From assembly GCA_902559035.1 (NCBI GenBank), contig CACEGG010000002.1, positions 51,846-115,845 on the forward strand: a stretch of DNA of 64,000 nucleotides, written 5' to 3'. Positions 56,570-64,000 of this stretch are shown one piece after another. Both the position numbers and the translations under genes were made by a program. Source of the stretch: an uncultured Bacteroidota bacterium. Lineage in GTDB: Bacteria; Bacteroidota; Bacteroidia; Flavobacteriales; Flavobacteriaceae. Below the pieces are notes generated by a model. That model searched no databases, was not told where the DNA came from, and saw only the letters and a program-made list of their open reading frames with translations. The stretch's first letter is position 1; the number at the start of each line of letters is the position of its first letter.

Positions 56570-56577
56570 CAAATATA
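56570..56577 (-). promoter_or_regulatory. -7 box (TATATTTG) 4 nt from the ATG of the reductase gene
   Basis: The minus strand reads TATATTTG-AACA-ATG. Confidence 0.5.
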
Positions 56578-56638
56578 ATAAACATAGAAATTAAAAAAAC
56601 AAACAAAAACATTCTAGTTAGAATGTTATAAAAAAATG

Positions 56639-56646
56639 TATATTTG
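56639..56646 (+). promoter_or_regulatory. -7 box (TATATTTG) 4 nt from the ATG at 56651
   Basis: TATATTTG-CCGA-ATG. The box lies inside the longer tracked ORF start (56636), which argues for the 56651 start. Confidence 0.5.
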
Positions 56647-56650
56647 CCGA

Positions 56651-58141
56651 ATGTTCAAAACAGTTTTAAGCCTTCAATGGAAAGAGTTTAACCGAGGAAA
56701 GTCTGTAGGGGGAAAACTCGTTGCAAAAATATTTAAGTGGTTCTGGATAATTTATTTTGCTATTATGTCTGTGATGATAGGCATTCTTGCCTCAGCATAT
56801 GGAGGCCCATCAATGGAATTTCCCCTTGAAAATAATTCCTTAGCCCCTTTTGAATATGCAAACGGACAACTAATCTATTTTTTTGCTTACTTAATTGTGA
56901 TGAGATATTTCATACAATCACTACCAGTTTTAAATATTAGATCATTTCTTTTAACTCCTATTTTAAAAAAAGATATAGTTCGTTTTTCTCTTTTGAAAAC
57001 GATTTTAACCTATTTTAATATTCTTCCCTTGTTCTTTTTAGTTCCGTTTACATTAGCTCTAGCTTCTAGTGGGAACTACAATACTCTTGGTCTTATTAGC
57101 TGGAATATCAACTTACTTGGATTAATTTATTTAACAAATTTTTTCAATTTCTTATTAAACAATAAAAACAACCTGATATATATTGTTGGCGCAGCCTTGG
57201 GATTAATCAAAGCTTTGGAATATTTTTCAATTATTGATTTCACAATTTATTCAAAAGAAGCATTTTATTTGTTTTATGATATTCCTTATCTATCATTATT
57301 CACATGGCTTTTTGTTTTTTGGCTATATAGTTATGTAAAAAAATATTTTGTTACAGGACTTTATATTGATACAGGCTTACAAGTAAAAATTAAAGAGGCT
57401 AAAATGGATGATTTTAGTTGGCTTAATAGATTCGGCAAAACAGCAACATTTATTAAAAACGACTTGAGGCTTTTGAAAAGATCTAAAAGAGCCAGAACGG
57501 CAGTTTATATGGGTTTAGGCCTTCTTTTTTATGGGGTTATATTTCAATCGACAGAAGATGTATTTGGAACCACTTCAGCTTTTTTTGGCTACTTGTTTTC
57601 TACAGGAGGGTTTTTATTTATGTTTGGATCATTCGTTCCAAGTTGGGATAGTCAATATTACCCCCTCATGATGACTCAAAATATACAGTACAAAGAATAT
57701 CTAAATTCTAAATGGTCGTTAATGATTTTTGGAACAATTATTTCAACAATGCTAGCATCAATCATATATTCTTTTTCTGGCCTCAACGCTGTTTATGCTG
57801 TTTTAGCAGGAGCTGCTTATAATATTGGGGTTAATGGCTACCTAACATTGTGGGCTGGAGCATACACTAAGACTCCAATTGATTTAAACTCTAGCGCAAA
57901 TGCTTTTGGTGATAAAAAAGCATTCAATGTAAAGACAGTTTTAGTAGGCTTGCCTCAAATACTTTTACCTGTACTGCTATATTTTTTTACAAGCCAATAT
58001 TATGATCATTTTATGGGTTGTGTGGCAGTTGCTTGTTTAGGAGCTTTAGGAATTTTCTTAAAGCCAGTTGCATTTAATCTTATTATGAAAGCCTATAAGA
58101 CAGAAAAATATTCAACGCTTAAAGCCTATAAATCAAATTAA
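56651..58141 (+). CDS. polytopic membrane protein partnered with an ABC ATPase (possibly DUF5687-like permease)
   Basis: About 10-12 hydrophobic helices and no canonical ABC-2/FtsX motif that I recognise. An ABC ATPase gene follows 5 nt downstream. Confidence 0.5.
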   Translation: MFKTVLSLQWKEFNRGKSVGGKLVAKIFKWFWIIYFAIMSVMIGILASAYGGPSMEFPLENNSLAPFEYANGQLIYFFAYLIVMRYFIQSLPVLNIRSFLLTPILKKDIVRFSLLKTILTYFNILPLFFLVPFTLALASSGNYNTLGLISWNINLLGLIYLTNFFNFLLNNKNNLIYIVGAALGLIKALEYFSIIDFTIYSKEAFYLFYDIPYLSLFTWLFVFWLYSYVKKYFVTGLYIDTGLQVKIKEAKMDDFSWLNRFGKTATFIKNDLRLLKRSKRARTAVYMGLGLLFYGVIFQSTEDVFGTTSAFFGYLFSTGGFLFMFGSFVPSWDSQYYPLMMTQNIQYKEYLNSKWSLMIFGTIISTMLASIIYSFSGLNAVYAVLAGAAYNIGVNGYLTLWAGAYTKTPIDLNSSANAFGDKKAFNVKTVLVGLPQILLPVLLYFFTSQYYDHFMGCVAVACLGALGIFLKPVAFNLIMKAYKTEKYSTLKAYKSN

Positions 58142-58146
58142 TAATT

Positions 58147-58851
58147 ATGATTGAAATTCAAAACTTAGCAAAAAAATATTCAACACAAACGGTTTTAGAT
58201 ATTAACATTTTAAAAATTCCCGCAGGGCAAACTTTCGGACTAATAGGTAATAACGGAGCAGGAAAGACTACTCTTTTTAGTTGTTTGCTTGATTTAATAA
58301 AACCAACTAAAGGAAAGGTAATTAACAATCAAGTCGATGTTTCAATAAGTGAGGATTGGAAGTCTTTTACTACAGCTTTTTTGGATGAAACATTTTTAAT
58401 TGGTTATTTAATGCCTGAAGAGTATTTCTATTTTATCGGAGAATTAAGAGGGTTGTCTAAACAAAAAGTAGATAGTTTTATGTCTCAATTTGAAGACTTC
58501 TTTAATGGAGAAATTTTAGGAGGAAAAAAATATTTAAGAGATTTATCCAAAGGAAATCAAAAAAAAGCAGGTATTGTCGCGGCATTAATGGGTGAGCCAA
58601 AGGTTATTATTTTGGACGAACCATTTGCAAATCTTGATCCAACAACTCAAATCAGACTAAAGAAAATAATAAAAGACTTGAGTAATTATAAAGACACTAC
58701 AATTTTAATTTCTAGTCATGATATTCAAGATGTTACAGAAGTTTGTGAGCGAATAGTTTTACTTGAAAAAGGAGAATTAATTAGAGATATCAATACCAGT
58801 GAAGAAACATTAAAAGAATTAGAAGAATATTTCAAGGCAAGAATTAATTAA
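58147..58851 (+). CDS. ABC transporter ATP-binding protein
   Basis: Walker A GNNGAGKTT, signature LSKGNQKK, and Walker B VIILDEP. Confidence 0.9.
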   Translation: MIEIQNLAKKYSTQTVLDINILKIPAGQTFGLIGNNGAGKTTLFSCLLDLIKPTKGKVINNQVDVSISEDWKSFTTAFLDETFLIGYLMPEEYFYFIGELRGLSKQKVDSFMSQFEDFFNGEILGGKKYLRDLSKGNQKKAGIVAALMGEPKVIILDEPFANLDPTTQIRLKKIIKDLSNYKDTTILISSHDIQDVTEVCERIVLLEKGELIRDINTSEETLKELEEYFKARIN

Positions 58852-58894
58852 ATTTCTTTATTTTGACATATAATCTTTAAGAGTCAAAATCCGT

Positions 58895-61327
58895 TTGAGA
58901 AAAATTGTAATAGTATTTTTAATTAGCGTCTTTTTTGGGTGTTCAACCCAAAAAAACAAAACCCTCAACAAAAATTATCATTCTGTTGTTTCAACGTATA
59001 ACGTATTGTTTAACGGAAACGAGTATTTGAATAAAGGGCTTGAGAACTTTAGTTCAAGTTATAAAGAAAATTACTGGGATATTCTGCCTATTGAACCAAT
59101 AGAATTTACAGATAAAATAATCACCGTAGATGGATTAGAAAATCAAGACTTTTTAAAAGCCGAAGAGAAAGCTGCTAAAGCTATTCAGAAACATTCAATG
59201 CTTATAAATGAGATTCAATACAATTCTAAAATTAGTGAAGCTTATTTTCTTCTTGGAAAAGCCAGGTATTTTGACCAAAGATATTTGCCTGCAATAGACG
59301 CTTTTAATCAAATTTATAAACTAAATAAAGAAGATGATTTCTGGGCTAATGGAATAATTTGGAAATCAAAAAGCCATATTCGTTTGAATCAAGAATCTGT
59401 CGCAGTAGATCTTATTAATGAATTACTAGAAAAAGAAGATTTAGATTCAGAAATTGTTTCGAACGCAAATGGCGTTTTAGCCATGGCATTTCTGAATTTA
59501 GAGGAGAATGACAAAGCCGTGAAGCCTTTAAAAAATGCAATAAAAACTACAAAACAAAAATCACGTCAAGCTAGATATTTATATGTATTAGGCCAGTTGT
59601 ATGAGGGCAAAAAGTTTGTTGATTCGGCTAAAATTAATTTTACAAAAGTTGTAAACTTTAAAAGAAGAATTCCGCGTGACCTATATGTTAACGCAAAAAC
59701 CAAAAAACTACAGTTTTCAAAAAATATAGATTTAAAAAAAGATTTTTTAAAGATGATTGAAAATGAAGAGAACAAGCCTTATTTAGATAAAATTTATTAT
59801 TCTTTTTCGCAAGCTTTGTTAAATTCAGATTCTCTTCAATTAGCCAAAAAGTATTTGAAATCATCAGTTCGCGAAAACAGTACTGATAAAGATTTGAAAT
59901 CTAAAGTTTACGTTAACTTATTCGAACTCAATTTTAATGCATCTGAGTATTTATTAGCAGGAAAATATTTAGATAGCGCACTTAATGTAATTGATAAAAA
60001 GTCAAGAGAATTTTGGACTCTCGATCGCCAAAAAAAGGGAATAGAAAAGGTGGTAAATATCGAGGCTAATTTGTTGCTGTGGGATAGTTTACTAAAAATT
60101 TCTAATTATGATAAAGAAAAACTAAACAAAGTGCTAAACGATGTTTTAGATTCAAGAACACTTACAAACACAGGAACACGAGATCTTCAACCCCCTACAA
60201 CTAAAAATTCTGATCAAACTTTTATAAAGACAAATTTTTATTTTTATAATCCACAAATCGTTTCTTTGGGGAAGCAGTCATTTATTACTTTATGGGGCAA
60301 TAGAAATCGCAATACCTATTGGAGATCAAAACAATTTATGTCAGCCAAAACAGATATTACAAAATCTGAGAATCTAAAAAAGGAAACACTTGAAAAAAGT
60401 ATTGATTATACGGAAATTTATAAAGAAATACCTTTTACAAAATTTGAAAAAGACAGTATACTTAAATTAATAGAACTCTCAAAACTTGAACTAGCAGAAT
60501 CGTACATAGTGAAGTATGGTAATCACAAACTAGGTCAATCTATTATCAAAAATTTTTTTGAATCTAATTCAGGGTCTAATTTGTTGACAAATGCCAAATA
60601 CTTATTATACAAGTCTTACAAAATTCAAAACGACATAAAATATAACGACATAAAAGAAGACATTTTAATGAATGACTCTTTATCAAGGTTTGCGAAGATA
60701 TTATCAAAAGACCCTAAATTCATTTTAGACCAAAAAACTTCAATCATTTTATTAGATAGTCTTAAAACCCTCTTTCAAAATCAAAAATTTGAAGAAGTTA
60801 TTAATTCTGCTAAGGAGAGTATAGGTTTTGTAGAAAATGAAGACATTCTGATTGATTTAGAGATTTTACTTGCAAATTCTCTTGGCCGACTTGAGGGCGT
60901 AAACAAGTACAATGAAGTTCTTAAAGAAATTGCAAAAAAATATCCAACAAGTGCAAAATCAAAACATCTAATAAAGATATCCAACAAGATTAACAGAAAG
61001 TGGAAAGAACCAAACAAATCAACTAAACCTGAGGATTTTAAGATTGTTTTCGTTTTATCTAAAATGGATTTTTCAGACAACCAAATAAAAGAAAGTTTGA
61101 GGCTTATTGAAAAAACAATAGATCTGAAAAAAAGAGTTTCTTACGACGTTTACGATTATGATAGGGCGCTGATAGTCATTCATGATTATACAAACAGAGA
61201 TGATGCTGAAAACGATATTTTTAAAATAAAGCAAGAATTAGAAGGTTTTCAACTTAAAAATAATTTTGTAAGTTTGTCTTCCCATTATAAAAACATGCTG
61301 ATTTACAAGACTTTAGAGTTAGAATAA
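58895..61327 (+). CDS. sprE: TPR-repeat lipoprotein, SprE/PorW-like (type IX secretion/gliding associated)
   Basis: Lipobox FFGC|STQKNK. The N-terminal LNKNYHSVVSTYNVLFNG block resembles, from memory, the SprE/PorW N-terminus. It is long, helical and TPR-like. TTG start as tracked. Confidence 0.5.
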   Translation: MRKIVIVFLISVFFGCSTQKNKTLNKNYHSVVSTYNVLFNGNEYLNKGLENFSSSYKENYWDILPIEPIEFTDKIITVDGLENQDFLKAEEKAAKAIQKHSMLINEIQYNSKISEAYFLLGKARYFDQRYLPAIDAFNQIYKLNKEDDFWANGIIWKSKSHIRLNQESVAVDLINELLEKEDLDSEIVSNANGVLAMAFLNLEENDKAVKPLKNAIKTTKQKSRQARYLYVLGQLYEGKKFVDSAKINFTKVVNFKRRIPRDLYVNAKTKKLQFSKNIDLKKDFLKMIENEENKPYLDKIYYSFSQALLNSDSLQLAKKYLKSSVRENSTDKDLKSKVYVNLFELNFNASEYLLAGKYLDSALNVIDKKSREFWTLDRQKKGIEKVVNIEANLLLWDSLLKISNYDKEKLNKVLNDVLDSRTLTNTGTRDLQPPTTKNSDQTFIKTNFYFYNPQIVSLGKQSFITLWGNRNRNTYWRSKQFMSAKTDITKSENLKKETLEKSIDYTEIYKEIPFTKFEKDSILKLIELSKLELAESYIVKYGNHKLGQSIIKNFFESNSGSNLLTNAKYLLYKSYKIQNDIKYNDIKEDILMNDSLSRFAKILSKDPKFILDQKTSIILLDSLKTLFQNQKFEEVINSAKESIGFVENEDILIDLEILLANSLGRLEGVNKYNEVLKEIAKKYPTSAKSKHLIKISNKINRKWKEPNKSTKPEDFKIVFVLSKMDFSDNQIKESLRLIEKTIDLKKRVSYDVYDYDRALIVIHDYTNRDDAENDIFKIKQELEGFQLKNNFVSLSSHYKNMLIYKTLELE

Positions 61328-61331
61328 TATT

Positions 61332-61754
61332 ATGGCTTTTAATTTATCAAATAACAATCAAATGCAACAGAATAGAGAATCTAATAAAATAGACATTATA
61401 GAAAAGACAACGCGAATTGTTGGTAACATTACTTCACAAGCTGATTTTAGAATTGACGGTAAGGTTGAAGGAACAATTACAACAACCGGAAAGGTGGTGA
61501 TTGGAGAAGAAGGAATAGTTCAAGGCAAAATTTCATGCGAAAACTCTGATGTTGCAGGTTCGGTCAAAGGAAACCTGGATGTTTCAGGAATATTATCTTT
61601 AAAATCTTCTGCCAGAATTGAGGGAGAGGTGATTGCAGGCAAACTTGCTGTAGAGTCTGGAGCAAACGTTGATGCCAGTATTTCTATGAAAGGTGCAAAA
61701 AAAATGAAGGCACTTTCTTCAACTGAAAAAACTCAAGCTGAAAAAACCGCATAA
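61332..61754 (+). CDS. bactofilin family polymer-forming protein
   Basis: A repetitive beta-helix pattern: DFRIDGKVEGTI...GKVVIGEEGIVQGKI...DVAGSVKGNL...ARIEGEV.AGKLAVESGA. The 3' end is uncertain (see the bactofilin/AtpZ junction finding). Confidence 0.8.
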   Translation: MAFNLSNNNQMQQNRESNKIDIIEKTTRIVGNITSQADFRIDGKVEGTITTTGKVVIGEEGIVQGKISCENSDVAGSVKGNLDVSGILSLKSSARIEGEVIAGKLAVESGANVDASISMKGAKKMKALSSTEKTQAEKTA

Positions 61755-61938
61755 TCCATTTATTGTTTTCATTGGTCTTGTCACTCAAATGGGAGCGACA
61801 ATTTTTTGTTCTGCCTACCTTGGCAAATTTCTAGATTCTAAATATGGTTATGAAAAAACATATACTGTTTCTTTAACTTTAGCAGGAGTTGCAATTTCTT
61901 TTTACATACTGTTAAAACAGTTAAAAAAAATGAATTAA
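61708..61938 (+). CDS. AtpZ/AtpI-like small membrane protein (open frame; start codon unresolved)
   Basis: The frame is open from 61708 and encodes ..KPHNPFIVFIGLVTQMGATIFCSAYLGKFLDSKYGYEKTYTVSLTLAGVAISFYILLKQLKKMN*. This gives two TM helices and the QMG....G..LD pattern, directly upstream of atpB. The only in-frame ATG (61789) would truncate TM1. Confidence 0.55.
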   Translation, partial: RHFLQLKKLKLKKPHNPFIVFIGLVTQMGATIFCSAYLGKFLDSKYGYEKTYTVSLTLAGVAISFYILLKQLKKMN

Positions 61939-61991
61939 AAAATCTTTAAAAATTTCTTGTTTCTTAATTTTTGTTTTTTGGTTAATAACCT

Positions 61992-61999
61992 TACATTTG
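61992..61999 (+). promoter_or_regulatory. -7 box (TACATTTG), with a TTTG (-33-like) element 18 nt upstream, for the atp operon
   Basis: TAnnTTTG match at 61992 and TTTG at 61970-61973, 18 nt upstream of the atpB ATG. Confidence 0.5.
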
Positions 62000-62017
62000 C
62001 GCACATATTTTTAACCT

Positions 62018-63130
62018 ATGAATTCAAGGATTGAATTGAAAAATATTAGATACTCTTTACCGTTATTATTTTCCTTGATTTTTGGGCTCTCAATGTTCGC
62101 CTCACCAATTGAAACTGATTCCAAAGATGAAAAGAAAGGTGGAGATCTTAAAACAGAAATAAAAGAATATATTACACATCACTTAAAAGACAGTCACTCG
62201 TATTCTTTAACATCCTGGATTGATGAGTCAACTGGCAAAAAAGTTTATTTAGAAATTCCGCTCCCGGTTATTTTATATGACAATGGGCTTCATGTTTTTA
62301 TGTCTTCAAAACTTAAGCACGGAAAGGCTGTTGTTGAAAGTAATGGTAACTTTTACAAACTAAATTATCACGACAGTAAGATATATAAAACCAATAAAGA
62401 AGGAGTTTTCGATTATGATACTGATCATCATCCTTTGAATGAAACACCTCTTGATTTTTCAATAACAAAAAACGTTGCCTCTATTATTATCGTAGCAATT
62501 TTAATGTTTTTGCTTTTTACTGGATTATCTAAATCATTTGCAAAAAATAATGGAATATCTAAAGGTTTAGGAAGGTTCTTTGAGCCAATAATTTTATACA
62601 TAAGAGATGAAATTGCGATTCCAAATATTGGAGAAAAAAAATATAAAAATTACATGAGTTTTTTACTTACAGTCTTTTTCTTTGTTTGGTTTTTAAATAT
62701 GTTAGGCCTTACACCGCTAGGTGTTAATGTCACTGGGAATATTGCAGTAACATTTTCTCTAGCCTTGTTAACTTTTTTAATTACAAATTTTACAGCAAAC
62801 AAAAGTTATTGGGGACACATTTTTTGGATGCCAGGCGTACCTGTACTAATAAAAATTGTGTTGGCTCCAATTGAACTTTTGGGAGTTTTTATTAAGCCAT
62901 TTTCTTTGCTTATTAGATTATATGCTAATATACAAGCAGGACATATTGTGTTATACAGTTTAATTGGGTTGATGTTTATTTTTAAAGGAATACTTGGCTC
63001 AAGTTTATCGTTTGGACTAGCTTTCTTTATCTCAATTATTGAGATTTTAGTAGCGTTATTACAAGCGTATATTTTTACAATGCTATCTGCATTGTATTTT
63101 GGATTTGCAGTTGCGGAGGAGGATCATTAA
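62018..63130 (+). CDS. atpB: F0F1 ATP synthase subunit a (long Bacteroidota form)
   Basis: C-terminal LLIRLYANIQAGH motif (essential Arg), a multi-TM body and a signal-like N-extension. Confidence 0.9.
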   Translation: MNSRIELKNIRYSLPLLFSLIFGLSMFASPIETDSKDEKKGGDLKTEIKEYITHHLKDSHSYSLTSWIDESTGKKVYLEIPLPVILYDNGLHVFMSSKLKHGKAVVESNGNFYKLNYHDSKIYKTNKEGVFDYDTDHHPLNETPLDFSITKNVASIIIVAILMFLLFTGLSKSFAKNNGISKGLGRFFEPIILYIRDEIAIPNIGEKKYKNYMSFLLTVFFFVWFLNMLGLTPLGVNVTGNIAVTFSLALLTFLITNFTANKSYWGHIFWMPGVPVLIKIVLAPIELLGVFIKPFSLLIRLYANIQAGHIVLYSLIGLMFIFKGILGSSLSFGLAFFISIIEILVALLQAYIFTMLSALYFGFAVAEEDH

Positions 63131-63160
63131 ATAAGAATGTTTAATTAAAATTATATAAAT

Positions 63161-63352
63161 ATGGAAATACCAGTAATCGTAGGTGGAGGACTAGTAGTAA
63201 TTGGGGTTGGAATCGGAATCGGTTTGACAGGAAAAGGCGCTATGGAAGCTATTGGACGTCAGCCTGATGCCAGTGGAAAAATTCAAGTTGCTGCACTAAT
63301 TTTAGCTGCACTTGTTGAAGGGATAGGCTTCGCTGCACTTTTTGCACTGTAG
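63161..63352 (+). CDS. atpE: F0F1 ATP synthase subunit c
   Basis: A 63-aa hairpin protein with AIGRQPD loop and LVEGIGF carboxylate helix. Confidence 0.95.
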   Translation: MEIPVIVGGGLVVIGVGIGIGLTGKGAMEAIGRQPDASGKIQVAALILAALVEGIGFAALFAL

Positions 63353-63366
63353 TCGTTGTCAAACTT

Positions 63367-63399
63367 TTTACAGCATAATCTTTTGGGTTATGCTGTAAA
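63367..63399 (+). promoter_or_regulatory. intra-operon 12-bp stem-loop between atpE and atpF
   Basis: TTTACAGCATAA-tcttttggg-TTATGCTGTAAA is a perfect inverted repeat, 15 nt after the atpE stop. Confidence 0.6.
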
Positions 63400-63423
63400 G
63401 AGAAAATTTTAAATAACTAAAAA

Positions 63424-63924
63424 ATGGAAAAACTTATATCTGAATTTTCGATTGGTTTGTTTTTTTGGCAAACAATCATATTCATTCTACTGATTTTTTT
63501 ACTTAAAAAGTATGCTTGGAAGCCAATTTTAGATGCTGTAAACGAAAGAGAAGAAGGAATCAAAAATGCTTTGCTTTCTGCTGAGAAAGCCAAGGAAGAG
63601 ATGGCCTCTCTTCAATCAGATAATGAAGCAACTCTAAAGAAAGCTAGAGCTGAGAGAGATTCTTTGTTAAAAGAAGCTAGAGAAATAAAACAGCAATTAA
63701 TTGACGACGCTAAGAATGAAGCTCAGTCAGAAGCTAAAAAAATTATTTCTCAAGCTCAAGAAACTATTCAAAACGAGAAAAAAGCGGCAATTTCTGATTT
63801 AAAAAATCAAGTCGCTTCCTTATCAATTGATATAGCAGAAAAAGTGCTTAAAGAAAAGCTATCAGATGATAAAACTCAAATGAATTTAGTTAAGGACCTA
63901 GTTAAAGACGTTACACTCAAATAA
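63424..63924 (+). CDS. atpF: F0F1 ATP synthase subunit b
   Basis: N-terminal TM (FFWQTIIFILLIFLL) followed by a long charged coiled coil. Confidence 0.9.
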   Translation: MEKLISEFSIGLFFWQTIIFILLIFLLKKYAWKPILDAVNEREEGIKNALLSAEKAKEEMASLQSDNEATLKKARAERDSLLKEAREIKQQLIDDAKNEAQSEAKKIISQAQETIQNEKKAAISDLKNQVASLSIDIAEKVLKEKLSDDKTQMNLVKDLVKDVTLK

Positions 63925-64000
63925 ATGAAATCAAGTAGAGCAGCTATTCGTTACGCTAAAGCATTGATCTTAGAGTCTGTTGAAAAAGACTGTCTCGAAG
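63925..64000 (+). CDS. atpH: F0F1 ATP synthase subunit delta, first 25 codons (runs off the 3' edge)
   Basis: The ATG overlaps the atpF stop (TAAATG). MKSSRAAIRYAKAL is a typical AtpH N-terminus, and the operon order supports the call. Confidence 0.7.
   Translation, partial: MKSSRAAIRYAKALILESVEKDCLE

Noticed and set aside
1-64000. CRISPR arrays, transposases/IS elements, prophage, toxin-antitoxin or known defence systems
   Set aside because: I scanned the spacers and the ORF translations. I saw no regularly spaced direct repeats, no DDE or serine/tyrosine recombinase motifs, no phage structural genes, and no small paired TA-like ORFs.

Overview
This is a very AT-rich, tightly packed chromosomal window, by eye about 30% G+C. 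Many neighbouring genes overlap by 4 nt or converge with their stop codons overlapping. The gene content points to a Flavobacteriia (Bacteroidota) genome: recurrent TAnnTTTG '-7' promoter boxes, an OmpA protein with thrombospondin type-3 repeats, a SprE/PorW-like lipoprotein, a UpxY-type NusG paralog, a DUF4254+GT9 pair, and an atp operon with a long atpB.

Most of the window is housekeeping:
- menaquinone genes (menA/C/E-like)
- an AddAB-like helicase-nuclease pair
- sod, purF/purN/purD, rnhA, acpP-fabF, pyk, rbfA, dusB, lepA, rnpA, rpiB, rnr
- tRNA-Cys, folB, glnS, gltX, ybeY, mnmG, holB, pgk, tatA
- atpB/E/F and the start of atpH

No CRISPR array, transposase, integrase or prophage was seen.

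Observations worth a second look:
1. 47.7-52.1 kb holds two divergent paralogs, each built as signal peptide, Kelch-like ectodomain, one TM helix and a C-terminal winged-helix-like domain. They flank a frameshifted WecA/MraY-family gene and sit next to an orphan UpxY antiterminator.
2. Two parS centromere sites (TGTTCCACGTGGAACA) bracket mnmG.
3. A 393-bp extremely AT-rich non-coding island upstream of rnr is packed with TGTTAAY motifs.
4. Five genes carry a TAnnTTTG box exactly 4 nt from the ATG, which implies leaderless mRNAs.
5. Several reading-frame breaks at A/T homopolymers affect the AddA-like gene, the WecA-like gene and the bactofilin/AtpZ junction. They look like either sequencing over-calls or slippage-prone sites.

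All functional calls rest on motifs read by eye in the supplied translations. No database search was possible.
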